DNA of 64,000 nucleotides from Octopus bimaculoides (Eukaryota), in NCBI RefSeq assembly GCF_001194135.2, contig NC_069000.1, positions 13,495,596 through 13,559,595 on the forward strand. Reading direction: 5' to 3'. The notes beneath the pieces are model-generated. The model was not told the origin of the DNA and searched no databases. It saw only the letters and a program-made list of their open reading frames with translations. Shown here in pieces: positions 26,165-38,845 of the stretch (positions are counted from its first letter, which is position 1; every line of letters begins with the position of its first letter). A program made the position numbers and the translations under genes.

Positions 26165-27597
26165 TATATACATATATATACATAAACGTGTGTGTGTACG
26201 TGTCTGTTTGTGTGCGTATACGTATATATGTACGTATATACAAATATAGGCACATAAATATACATATACATACATATACATGTATATACATACATAGTTA
26301 CATAGATGCATAGATGTATGTATGTATGCATATATGTATGTATGGGTGCATGGCGTGTGTGTATTTATGCATACCAGTGTGCGCGCGTGCAGAAATGCTA
26401 TTGTTTGTGTGTGTAAGTACGTTGGTCTTTACACGCATGCATCAGTATGTCTACAAGCACTCATTCCTGTATAGGCCTGTATATACGAGTCTGCACACGG
26501 CTGAGTGTACCTTTACACCTACCTGTATGCTTCCATCTGTATGTGTCCCTATGGCGCTGTACGCATGACTATACATAAATGTATACATGACTGTATGCGT
26601 CAGTAAGTGCAAAACTGTGCGTGTTCGTATGAATACCTCCTAAGCCATGATCGATTCCATAGTGATTCAACTAAAACGCTTTTGTTACAAACTACTGTCT
26701 CAGAAAATTGTTTCTAACTGGAATCACATCAATTTGAAGCTAAAAATCCTTTCGGTGTTTGAAACTAATCAAGCAATAAAGAGCACAACAAAAGCGTTGG
26801 AATTAGCTACCTTATCGTTGTAAAGCGACGCTATGGTAATTTCCTTTCTTTATTTTACATATTACCAGTAAATGAAGTAGAGGCGAAAAAATATATATAT
26901 TAAAACTCTTTTCAAACTTTGATATTAACTAAGGTTATTGAAAGATTTATTAGAGATGAAGTATAAGTGTGAACGATATAGTTTAATATTAAATAATTCT
27001 AGTTTCCTCTGTTCTTTCTCTTTTTTTTGTGTGTGTTTTTTTTCGCTTGATTTTTATGGTGTGTGTGTGTATACCTTTACGTTCATGTGAAAGACACATA
27101 ATCATATGTGTATTCAATATCGGCCAGGAAGTAAAATTCTAATAAAATAGTCAGGCATTGATTTCTTGAAAGTATTTAAAATATTTTGTAAATCAGCCAC
27201 CAACTAAAGAAATCCTCACGGTAGATCTAAAACGAAGTTTCTAAACGAAATAATTTAAACAAACAGGGCCTGAAAGAAATAAACAACTTGGAGTTGCCTG
27301 TGGAATGTAATTAAACAACATAGACAAATACAGGTGCATCAAACACCATACAACATAAATTCTTAATTAATTAAAATTATTCGGCCTCTAAAGGATGTAT
27401 CAAAATAATTCAGCTTCACTTAAGAAGGGGAAATACCCTCAAGATTGAAGATTCGATATGCCATTAACAAAAGGTACAGGCTTATTGTCTGGAGATAAAG
27501 AGGCCAGTCGCGGATGTGTGTTTCTGACTCAGTGACCGTCTTCAGCACGACCATTGCCCGACCTTATCACTAGTTGCCAGAAAGCTTGACAGAGACA

Positions 27598-27748
27598 GTT
27601 CTGAGTTCAAATTCCGTCGAGGTCGACTTTGCCTTTTATCCCTTTCGGGTGTCGATAGAATAAATACCAGTTGAGCACTGGGATCGTTGTAATCGACTTA
27701 CCCCCACACAAGAAATTGCTATCCTTGTGCCAAAATTTGAAACCAATA
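27598..27748 (+). mobile_element. SINE family A, 5'-truncated
   Basis: ttctgagttcaaattccgtcgaggtcgactttgcc... ccttgtgccaaaatttgaaaccaatatt. Confidence 0.9.
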
Positions 27749-28373
27749 TTATAGAATATCTGAAAAATGGTGGTGGTGGTGCTGCTGCTGCTGTTGCGGC
27801 TGCTGCTGTTGCGTCTGCTGCTGTTGCGTCTGCTGCTGTTTTTGATGGTTGCTGTAATAGTAAGGAAACGTCTAACGTTTGGTTATCTTAGATATTTAAT
27901 TTCGTTTCTCAACTCTTTGAGTTTAAATATCCCCAGGAGCAAAGTTTTCTTTCATCTTTTCTAATCGATAAAATAAGAACTGCTATATGCTGGGATTTAT
28001 TTATCTATTCCTAAGAAAAAAAATGTCTTTGGAACAGAGTAAAAATAATTAATATCACAACAAAAAAGAAAGAGATATTTATAGCTTAGTACTGCAAGGT
28101 AGGTATAATAAAAAAAGCAAATAGATCTTTCATCGGTTTTACGATGAGCAATCTACTATTACAGTCAATTAAACTACTGACTCAGTGTATGAGTTTACAG
28201 GTAGCACAGAATGGCCGAATGGTTTAAAACTTCGCTTCGCAATCACGTGATATAGTTTTCGGTTCCTCTGTCTAACAACATGAGCAAGTGTCATTTTCTT
28301 ACAGCTTCCAGTGGACTCATATCTTGGGAGTGACACCGAGTTCGATAAATGGATTATACAGGTAAGCATTCGA

Positions 28374-28761
28374 TGCCGATAAAAGAAGTACCTGTTGAAC
28401 ACCTGGATCGATGTAATCGACACTTACTCCCTCCCCTGAAATTTCTGGTTTTGTGACAAAATTTGAAATCAATATTTAACATGGCGACGAGCAGCAAAAA
28501 ACCGTTAGCACGCTGGATAAAATGCTTAGCGGTATTTCGTCCGTCCTTACGTTCTGAGTTCAAATTCCGCCGAGGTCGACTTTGCCTTTCATCCTTTCGG
28601 GGTCGATGAAATAAGTACCACTTGGGCACTGGGTTCGATGTAATCGACACTTACTCCCTCCCCTGAAATTTCTGGTTTTGTGACAAAATTTGAAATCAAT
28701 ATTTAACATGGCGACGAGCAGCAAAAAACCGTTAGCACGCTGGATAAAATGCTTAGCGGTA
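28374..28761 (+). mobile_element. Head-to-tail family A SINE tandem (227-bp period) running into a gap
   Basis: 28408-28534 is identical to 28635-28761, including the tail-to-head junction. Confidence 0.9.
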
Positions 28762-28998
28762 NNNNNNNNNNNNNNNNNNNNNNNNNNNNNNNNNNNNNNN
28801 NNNNNNNNNNNNNNNNNNNNNNNNNNNNNNNNNNNNNNNNNNNNNNNNNNNNNNNNNNNNNNNNNNNNNNNNNNNNNNNNNNNNNNNNNNNNNNNNNNNN
28901 NNNNNNNNNNNNNNNNNNNNNNNNNNNNNNNNNNNNNNNNNNNNNNNNNNNNNNNNNNNNNNNNNNNNNNNNNNNNNNNNNNNNNNNNNNNNNNNNNN

Positions 28999-29330
28999 GT
29001 TTTGCGTAGAATGTGTGCAGTACCCAGTAGTGCAATTTTCTGTATGTTACATATATTTGTAAGTCCTGGTATTTTTGTTATGTATTTGTCTGAGTATTTT
29101 TTAATTATACCTAAGGCACCTACTATGATAGGAATTGTTTCTGTTTTTAGACTCCACATTCGAGTTATCTCTATTTCCAGGTCTTTGTATTTTGAAAGTT
29201 TTTCCATTTCTTTTAGAGAAACGTTGTCATCTGCTGGTATTGATACATCAATTAGAAAGCATTTTTTTCCTTCATGATCTTTGACAACTATATCTGGTCT
29301 ATTTGCCTTAATTTCTCTATCTGTGTGTAT
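28999..29330 (-). mobile_element. 5'-truncated non-LTR retrotransposon, restriction-like endonuclease domain (R4/Dong-type)
   Basis: Translation HTDREIKANRPDIVVKDHEGKKCFLIDVSIPADDNVSLKEMEKLSKYKDLEIEI...IIVGALG...IQKIALLGTAHILRK has the RPD...D...K..KY..L motif of RLE LINEs. Open frame; the 3' end lies in the gap. Confidence 0.9.
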
Positions 29331-30120
29331 CATCATCATTATTATTATTATTATTATAGATGGCTGAGTGTTCCACAGACATGTATATCTTTGGCCTAAT
29401 CCTCGGCCAGATTTAGTGTGACGGCCCCTCACAAAGCTGACTTCGAATTACAGCTACATTCGATTGAGTTGTGTTCAGTTTCTGCAGATTCAAATTTCAC
29501 TCATGAGCCTTGAGTTGATCTGAAGTCATTGGTTGGAGACATACGCCCAGGAAATGGCGTAACGGGATCGAACCCAGGACCTGGGTATTGCAAAGCATAC
29601 TTCATAACCACTTCCTCATGCCGTCATCCACGGGGCAGATGGCAATTGCAAGTACAATTTTATTTAAAAAAAAATTTATTTTGCTTTGCAGATTTCTGTG
29701 CATTTTACGCGGCGTGCATTTAGAAATTTCACATAAAGGATTAATGTTTCATTGTGTATTTGTGTATAGACTTGTTTATGTGCACCAGCTATGCGTTGTA
29801 TACGTTTGTACTTTATTCTGTAACACACGCCTCTACATACGCATAACCATACGAGTAAACATGTCTGCATATGCTTGTCTATATATATATGTGTATACGC
29901 CTATGTATCCACATATATGTGTGCGTGTGGCTATGTGGCTTTGATAACAGAGAAAAAAAAATCTCATTAATACGATTTCTATCATGATTGAACTGCCTTC
30001 ACCTAATGGAATTTTAAGAACTGGTTTTCTCACAAACTTTGCAGATATTCAGGGATTGTTCCTCTTTTATTTTTTAATTGAAAAGCGGTATCTTATTCAA
30101 ATCCAAAAGTAGACACTAAT

Positions 30121-30450
30121 TTCTCTCTCACTCTCTCTCTCTCTCTCTCTCTTCCCCTCTCTCTTTATCTTTCTCCCTCTCTTTGTTTCTCTCTGCCTTT
30201 CTCTCTCTTCTCTCTATCTCTATCGCTCTCTATCCCCTCACTCTCTCTCTCTCTATATATATATATATAGCAATCTCCCTATCTCTCTCTCTCTCTCTCT
30301 CACTCTCTCTCTCTCTCTTTCTATATATCTATCTTTTTCTCTCTTTTCTCTCTCTATCTCTCTCCTTCTCTCCCCCTCTCTCTATCTATCTCTATTCCGC
30401 TCTTTCTCCCTCTTTCTCTATCTATCTATCTATCTATCTATCTATATATC

Positions 30451-30526
<76 letters not shown>

Positions 30527-30545
30527 TCTCTCTCCCTCTCTCACT
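30121..30545 (+). repeat. (CT)n/(CTAT)n polypyrimidine tract
   Basis: Directly visible. Confidence 0.95.
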
Positions 30546-30697
30546 CGCTCCCCTCATACATGAAAATGTTTGGCATGTAATTGGCTGCATTTGCCGTGTC
30601 TATACAGCTCGTTGGTAACATTAGCGAGCGTGGCAATGAGTTCACAAGGCCTTCAGCAACATTATGTGAGCTGATGACTTCTGAGTCACTCTGCACA

Positions 30698-30739
<42 letters not shown>

Positions 30740-30885
30740 CTATGGAGCACGGTACTCATTGCACAGTACATCCGTCAGCCAATCATTCAGGTTGACTACT
30801 TAGAACTGCTGTCGTGGCTGAATATTCTCATGGTTTATTAATAATATTGTTTTACGTTTTAATAATGTCGCTGCTGTTGGTAGCG

Positions 30886-31275
30886 TCTTCGTCGTCGTGT
30901 TATCATCATCGTCATCGTTTTCATCATCATCCCCGTCATCATCGTCATCGTCGTCGTCATCCTCGTCATTGTGACCATTGTCATCGTCATCGTATTCGTC
31001 GTCATCATCATCATCATCATCGTCATAGTCGTCCTCATTGTCATCGTCGTCTTCGTCATCGCCATCGTTGTCACTGTCGTCGTCATCATCGTTGTCATCG
31101 TCGTCATCGTCATCGTCATCGTCATCGCCATCGTCATCATCGCCATCGTCTTGACCGTCGACGTCATCATCGTCGTCATCGTCATCGTCGTCATCGTCAT
31201 CGTCGTAATCGTCGTCATCGTCATCGTCATCGTCGTCATCGTCCTCACTGTCATCGTTTTCATCGTTGTCATCGT
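30886..31275 (+). repeat. Cryptic (TCA/TCG)n trinucleotide repeat
   Basis: Explains the His/Arg, Ile/Val and Met/Thr ORFs at 30814-31323. A shorter related patch lies at 31920-32020. Confidence 0.92.
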
Positions 31276-31397
31276 AAATATTGCTGGCTCTTCTTAATCG
31301 TGGGAATAGTATTGGTGATGTGAAAGCGGTACTTTGGTGTCGGGGATATGGTCTTTTACTTGCGGAGGATTATGGATAGCAGAAGGTGGTAGTGGCG

Positions 31398-31440
<43 letters not shown>

Positions 31441-31789
31441 NNNNNNNNNNNNNNNNNNNNNNNNNNNNNNNNNNNNNNNNNNNNNNNNNNNNNNNNNNNN
31501 NNNNNNNNNNNNNNNNNNNNNNNNNNNNNNNNNNNNNNNNNNNNNNNNNNNNNNNNNNNNNNNNNNNNNNNNNNNNNNNNNNNNNNNNNNNNNNNNNNNN
31601 NNNNNNNNNNNNNNNNNNNNNNNNNNNNNNNNNNNNNNNNNNNNNNNNNNNNNNNNNNNNNNNNNNNNNNNNNNNNNNNNNNNNNNNNNNNNNNNNNNNN
31701 NNNNNNNNNNNNNNNNNNNNNNNNNNNNNNNNNNNNNNNNNNNNNNNNNNNNNNNNNNNNNNNNNNNNNNNNNNNNNNNNNNNNNNNNN

Positions 31790-31825
<36 letters not shown>

Positions 31826-34110
31826 CCCTTTGAATTTCACAGAGGAATAAATATTTTTTTTGAAAACTGAAATTTTATGGTCTTTATATTTTTGCTCTAG
31901 TTCTCAACAGATATTATCAATCATCATCATCATTATCATCATCATCCCCAATCTTCATCGTCGTCGTTGTCATCATCATCTTTATCGTCGTCATCATCGT
32001 CGTCGTCGTCGTCGTTGTCATGGCTATTGAAAAACTATCATAAAGCTACCTTATTCTGCAAACTCCATATTGTATATTGTTGAACATTCATCAAACTCCA
32101 TTATAAAAAAAAAAAAAAAAACCTCCAGAGAATTCTTATTACCGAACGTCTTGTCTCATCTCCATAGCAATATATCTAAGCAATGAGAACAAACAAGCAA
32201 ACAACATATCTCAGCCATTACCACGATCCCCACCCGCACCCCCATCCCCTGGGATATTTCAGATTACGACATCAACTTTTAGATTTGTCTTCGATAAGTC
32301 GATTTACATTTCTACTNNNNNNNNNNNNNNNNNNNNNNNNNNNNNNNNNNNNNNNNNNNNNNNNNNNNNNNNNNNNNNNNNNNNNNNNNNNNNNNNNNNN
32401 NNNNNNNNNNNNNNNNNNNNNNNNNNNNNNNNNNNNNNNNNNNNNNNNNNNNNNNNNNNNNNNNNNNNNNNNNNNNNNNNNNNNNNNNNNNNNNNNNNNN
32501 NNNNNNNNNNNNNNNNNNNNNNNNNNNNNNNNNNNNNNNNNNNNNNNNNNNNNNNNNNNNNNNNNNNNNNNNNNNNNNNNNNNNNNNNNNNNNNNNNNNN
32601 NNNNNNNNNNNNNNNNNNNNNNNNNNNNNNNNNNNNNNNNNNNNNNNNNNNNNNNNNNNNNNNNNNNNNNNNNNNNNNNNNNNNNNNNNNNNNNNNNNNN
32701 NNNNNNNNNNNNNNNNNNNNNNNNNNNNNNNNNNNNNNNNNNNNNNNNNNNNNNNNNNNNNNNNNNNNNNNNNNNNNNNNNNNNNNNNNNNNNNNNNNNN
32801 NNNNNNNNNNNNNNNNNNNNNNNNNNNNNNNNNNNNNNNNNNNNNNNNNNNNNNNNNNNNNNNNNNNNNNNNNNNNNNNNNNNNNNNNNNNNNNNNNNNN
32901 NNNNNNNNNNNNNNNNNNNNNNNNNNNNNNNNNNNNNNNNNNNNNNNNNNNNNNNNNNNNNNNNNNNNNNNNNNNNNNNNNNNNNNNNNNNNNNNNNNNN
33001 NNNNNNNNNNNNNNNNNNNNNNNNNNNNNNNNNNNNNNNNNNNNNNNNNNNNNNNNNNNNNNNNNNNNNNNNNNNNNNNNNNNNNNNNNNNNNNNNNNNN
33101 NNNNNNNNNNNNNNNNNNNNNNNNNNNNNNNNNNNNNNNNNNNNNNNNNNNNNNNNNNNNNNNNNNNNNNNNNNNNNNNNNNNNNNNNNNNNNNNNNNNN
33201 NNNNNNNNNNNNNNNNNNNNNNNNNNNNNNNNNNNNNNNNNNNNNNNNNNNNNNNNNNNNNNNNNNNNNNNNNNNNNNNNNNNNNNNNNNNNNNNNNNNN
33301 NNNNNNNNNNNNATATATATATATATATATAAAATCGGTGAGTGTAAAATTGGTCGGCTGATTTGCAAACCAAATGGTGCTGCTTGACTCATCATGGGGT
33401 GACCTCCAGTGTAACGAAGACCTATCAGAATGACTGGGAAAAATTAATGTGGGACACATATAATAGAAAGGATTTGGAGATGGTACGCAACTCGTTCGCT
33501 CAGAAGAGCAAAGGGCGTTGTAATGACGATAACAGAAATAAAGGGATAAAACCGCGATAAAAGCGAAGTGATTCATGGCAATACTAGCGTAAAAGGGGCA
33601 AAGAGGTGAATAGCAATACAAATGGAAAAGAGATGAACTAGCGATGAAAGAAGTACATGTGAACTAAAGGTTACAACATGTTGGTGAATGAGTTATTACT
33701 ATTCAGTCGAATGGCCTTCGCTTCTTTTAGATGCGGTTTAGGGTGTGATTGTGTCTGTGTGATTCTATATATGTGAGCAGTATTCTATAGGAAGTTTTAT
33801 TTGAGCTTTGTAGATCGTAATACACTGGACGGGATTTGAAGATATCCTGGTTGTAAATAGAGATTCTGTTTGTTGTGATGAAGTTTGGGTGATATTATAT
33901 ATATATATATATATGAAGTAACTGTGTAATATCATCAGAGATTTTGTGAAGTTTAACATTTTGTAGCAGTTTTGAAAGTTTTAGCCGTATTTTAATTATG
34001 ACTGAAGAGAGTGACAAGGCAGTTGTCAAGTCATCTGACAAGGCAGATGACGGGTGCATCTGTTGAGCTGGCTGTTGGAAAGCTTCAACAAGGCCATCAT
34101 CAAACATTGT

Positions 34111-34200
34111 TTTTAAATCACATCTGACAAGGCCAAGTTGAATTTAACTTCCAACTGACAGGGCGGCATTGAAATTAACTCCATCTGACAAGGCAGCATT
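34111..34200 (+). repeat. Three degenerate 30-bp units with core CATCTGACAAGGC
   Basis: Cores at 34121, 34152 and 34182; further copies at 34011 and 34032. Confidence 0.8.
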
Positions 34201-34614
34201 TCAAAAACCTTTTTATACTGCAAACCTATTATTTTAGAAAATATAATTTTTCAAAAAATCTCCAAGAAAATCAAGGGCGAAGTTTCGGTATAAGAATCTC
34301 CTTAATGACTTTATAGTTGTTTTCAATCGAACATTTCTGCAGATTTCTATATTTTAAACTCAGTTATAATTGCCTTAAACTAGTAATTATGAAGGTAGAC
34401 AAAGAAATATAGATAGATATTTCTAAAATTCGTAATTAGTAAAGAAGGTAGGATAATAAAAAAAATTAAATTCACAAAAATATATGCCAGTTTTATATGA
34501 GGGTTTTTCCCTCAAACGTTGTACTTCTTTCGAAAGGCCGCACTGGAGCATTTATAACTGTGATCAGTCACTGGAATATTGCAACAATATGTATTACTGT
34601 TGATTAACCCTTTC

Positions 34615-34682
34615 TAGATTGTCTCATCTAACTGCTTTGATCTCAGGATAGATTGTCTCATCTAACTGCTTTGATCTCAGGA
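34615..34682 (+). repeat. Perfect 34-bp tandem duplication (tagattgtctcatctaactgctttgatctcagga x2)
   Basis: Directly visible. Confidence 0.95.
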
Positions 34683-35648
34683 TTGTCCATATCGGAAGGT
34701 GGGGCATAATATAACAATTATACAATTTATAAAAATTAACCTGATTAGTTTTGCACTAGTGCACAGGTGACGCTAACTATTATATATTACTAATCTGAAA
34801 TTAGAGTACTGATGCGTGCAGTTGTGTTGCGATAAGCTGAAGTATTCACTCTTAACCTATCCAATATAATGGATAGTTATATTATAATAAAAGTTCAATT
34901 GCTTCAAAATTAGCAACGCCATCAATCTGTTTCCTAAAACCGGACACACTAACGAAGTATCAATTTCAGCCTCTTACTTTCAAAAATCCTGATTCTGTGA
35001 CAATATTTATATGGTTTCAATGTTATTAAACCGATAAATCAAAACGTTTTGCAGACGGTTTAGCCATATATATCTCTGATCTAAAGTTTCATTAGTTGTT
35101 GACTACACCACTAATTGACATTAAACATCTAATATACGCTATATTTATTACGTTTATCAACTGTTAGAGTAAATTCCGGTGAAAATGTTTTTGATAAATA
35201 GTCTACAGTAATTGGCAGCAATTCTCTGATATATATTTAGTTGTAAGCAGTTAGTTGACACGCTGTTATTAGCAAGTAATTGATATTCTTTATTAATACA
35301 TAATTATAAATCGAAATTTCTTCGTTGGAATCTAATTATAATGATTCCACTCACTGAAAAAATAATGTAGATCAGGAATCATTTGTTTATTATCCGTATT
35401 CGATGTATTTCGCTGGAGGTGGAAAATTCCTGCGAATTAATTAATTTTTGCTACTCTTCTACATTTTGTCTGTTGAAACAGAGTAAAAACGTCATCGCGA
35501 AATCAATACTGTTTGCTTCTTGGCAGGAATTATTGTATGAAAGAATACTTATGAGGAATTATATTATAAAAACGACGGGGAACATTAAATGCGTTAAGTG
35601 TATATGTTGTGGTTTTGAAATTAAATGGTGAATTTCTGTTATTAGCAG

Positions 35649-35732
35649 TGGAAATATCGACCGTCGACTTCCAATATGGCAAAACAAACAATCTTTGGAA
35701 ACATTTTGATCCTGGCGACAGCTACTCAATCG
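35649..35732 (+). CDS. Candidate exon (84 nt, phase 1-1), EISTVDFQYGKTNNLWKHFDPGDSYSI
   Basis: Tandem NAGNAG acceptor tttctgttatTAGCAG (35643-35648), donor G|GTATAT (35733, weak), inside the 77-aa ORF 35609-35842. Confidence 0.3.
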
Positions 35733-36812
35733 GTATATCAGTTTATGGTGATAACATTATAATAAAAGCAAGTTTTATTACAGGAATGCATATGTGTGAG
35801 AACAACAACTTCAACAACAGTTACAGATGTAGCCTACGGTGATGGCATTTAGAATAACAAATGGATTTAGTAGAGAAGAGCGCAGATGAAATAACAATAG
35901 ATAGCAAATGATTGCTGTGTAATATGAAATTCACGAGCAATCTTCGTAATAACACACATTCTGTACACAATTTCAACTGCGATTTTGTGAGGAAATATAA
36001 TAGATTGATAGAAAAAGTCCTGCAGGCATTTCATAGACAATATTGGTTAGTTCAATGAACAGATTCTCGGTGAAGATTTTTACTCTTAAGAAGTATCACT
36101 GCAGAATAATTCGAATAATATAGAATTCTTGGATCTGGCGGTTCTGATAGTGATATTTGTATGTTACACAAATGGTTTGAGTTAGCTATTCTTTTGAGAA
36201 AGAATCATATTTTTAGTAGTAGGGTGGATGAAAAAGAACAAGACGGGATAGATTTTTTTCCCCCATCTAAACTAGTATACTTCGTTACCTAAGTTCAAAT
36301 CCTGTAAGGAGTTGCTCTTGCTTGAATTTCCCAACCATTCGATGAATTATTATTTTCATTCTGGGGCCAATACAATCGACTATGCTTGTTATGTGTATGA
36401 GGGCGAGGTAATGACATTGTCCTTAAAATGAGGTTGATATACGAGCTTACTTTCCGAAACAGGTTTCCTGAGTTAATTTATATTTATGCGTATGTTTAAA
36501 CGTTGATTAGGTTCGAAATATAATATTTAAAGAGACTATTAGCATGCTACGAACATTTAGGATTTTAAGCACCGAATCTGAAGAAAATTTCGTTCTATGC
36601 AAAAGTAACGTTTGATAAAAATGATTATTGACGTATTTCGTCATGAATAACGAAATCCATTTCTACTTCTATATCCTAAGCTTTTGTTTTAATATCAGAC
36701 AAGGAACTATTCGAAATTGTGTGATTGTATGTTTTAAATAGAATAAAAGAAATTGACAAGCTGAATATTGCACAGTTTGCTTCTTACACAAAACAAATAG
36801 ATGTCTCTATTT

Positions 36813-36969
36813 CATTGGTTCTCTACCTTTGCCGCCATCTTTTTTATTTTCTTCATCGACTAAGAAATGCTGCCGTGATTTCAGTCGTTAAATGGATTTA
36901 CTTCTTTAAAACAGTGACGGAAGAGAAATGTTCGTTTTGGTTTTGTCTTCTTAACTTCAATATGTGAGT
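36813..36969 (+). promoter_or_regulatory. Promoter or first-exon-like segment: reverse CCAAT, YY1 site, ETS core, splice donor
   Basis: ATTGG near 36814, GCCGCCATCTT at 36831-36841, CGGAAG near 36918, T|GTGAGT at 36964. Short motifs only. Confidence 0.3.
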
Positions 36970-37822
36970 AGTGGAGTGAAGAGAGAAAAATAAAAGAAAA
37001 AGCTTCTTCAATCTGTGATAGGAAATACAGTCAATAACACGTAACAACGAAGTGAAGTGATTCATAGGTGTATGTATACGAAAAGAAGAATTGGAGAGAG
37101 CGTGTGTTTGAGAAAAGGGGTGGTTAATAAAGAGTGAAAGAAAGCAAGTACGAGAGAGATAAAATGAGAATAGATCGTGTATGCGCTCTACAAGACTTTC
37201 ATTTTTTTTTTCCTCTTAAGTGCTGATGTAAAAGCTTGCTCTTCTTAAATATATAACGTGTTAAGTTCAGAGCTGGATCCATATCTATGCGCTTCCCAAT
37301 CATCTTAAAAGTTTTATTCAAGAGTGAAAAATCCTTTCCATTACTCAAATATCTTCGAAATTTAAAGTTTTAGTATGTTTTTGTTTGTTTTGTTTGTTTT
37401 TTATTTTCCGAAGAAATAAAATTTTTCAAGGAATTTTATGCAATCACAAGTGAAAATATATATACAAAATATTTCATTTTTTTTCTTCATTTCCACAAAA
37501 CATACGAAATAGAATATTATGATTGTTTTACCCCAGGTCAATGATTGAGTTGATACAATCCCAAAGACATTTCAGCCATAAGCAGCGCATCAGATTCGTA
37601 TATTGTATCTAGAACTATATTATCCAAAGTGTCTTTTCATTTTTAAGTTGCATGGTGCAGTTTTAGAGAAATTTAGTTGTTTCTTCTAGTAGGGCGAATG
37701 ACTATGTAGGCGCTCCCTCGTTTGATCGTCTACAACATATATATATATATACATATCTATGTATACATAAATATATATACATATATATACATATGCAAAT
37801 AAATAAATAAATAAATAAATAA

Positions 37823-37868
<46 letters not shown>

Positions 37869-38361
37869 NNNNNNNNNNNNNNNNNNNNNNNNNNNNNNNN
37901 NNNNNNNNNNNNNNNNNNNNNNNNNNNNNNNNNNNNNNNNNNNNNNNNNNNNNNNNNNNNNNNNNNNNNNNNNNNNNNNNNNNNNNNNNNNNNNNNNNNN
38001 NNNNNNNNNNNNNNNNNNNNNNNNNNNNNNNNNNNNNNNNNNNNNNNNNNNNNNNNNNNNNNNNNNNNNNNNNNNNNNNNNNNNNNNNNNNNNNNNNNNN
38101 NNNNNNNNNNNNNNNNNNNNNNNNNNNNNNNNNNNNNNNNNNNNNNNNNNNNNNNNNNNNNNNNNNNNNNNNNNNNNNNNNNNNNNNNNNNNNNNNNNNN
38201 NNNNNNNNNNNNNNNNNNNNNNNNNNNNNNNNNNNNNNNNNNNNNNNNNNNNNNNNNNNNNNNNNNNNNNNNNNNNNNNNNNNNNNNNNNNNNNNNNNNN
38301 NNNATATATATATATATACATATCTATGTATACATAAATATATATACATATATATACATAT

Positions 38362-38525
38362 GACGGGCTACTTTCAGTTTCCGTTTACGAAGTCCACTCA
38401 TAAAGCTACGGTTGTCCCTGGGCTATTGTAGAAGACGTATGCACAAGGTGTCATATAGTGTGACTGAACCCAAGACCACATGGTTAGGATGCAAGTTTCC
38501 AATTCACACACCCACTCCTGCACCT
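38362..38525 (-). mobile_element. SINE family B with (TA)-rich tail leading into a gap
   Basis: gacgggctactttcagtttccgtttacgaagtccactca... gactgaacccaagaccacatgg... cccactcctgcacc. Confidence 0.85.
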
Positions 38526-38796
38526 CTACATACATGTACACTTTCTATTGATTCACGTATGAAATACTGTATCGCTGAGTATGTCAAATAACCCAGAAAC
38601 ATTCCCAGAGTTATGATCGATTATAGGGGCGTATGTATATATATAAGTGCTAATACACGAAACTCTCACTCCTTTGGTTACTTTGTAACTTCTGCCGATT
38701 ACATAGTATGCGTTTATGTTTGCGCATGTGTGTATGTGTGTGTGTGTGCCCGTGTATATGAATATTTATTATGGGTGAGACAGAAATACACACGCA

Positions 38797-38845
<49 letters not shown>

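Noticed and set aside
30814-31323. His/Arg/Cys-rich ORF resembling a metal-binding or protamine-like protein
   Set aside because: It is one frame of the (TCA/TCG)n repeat; the variable base falls on a nonsynonymous position in this frame.
37741-38362. Identical ~55-bp TA-rich sequence on both sides of a gap
   Set aside because: Most likely an unmerged contig overlap in low-complexity sequence.
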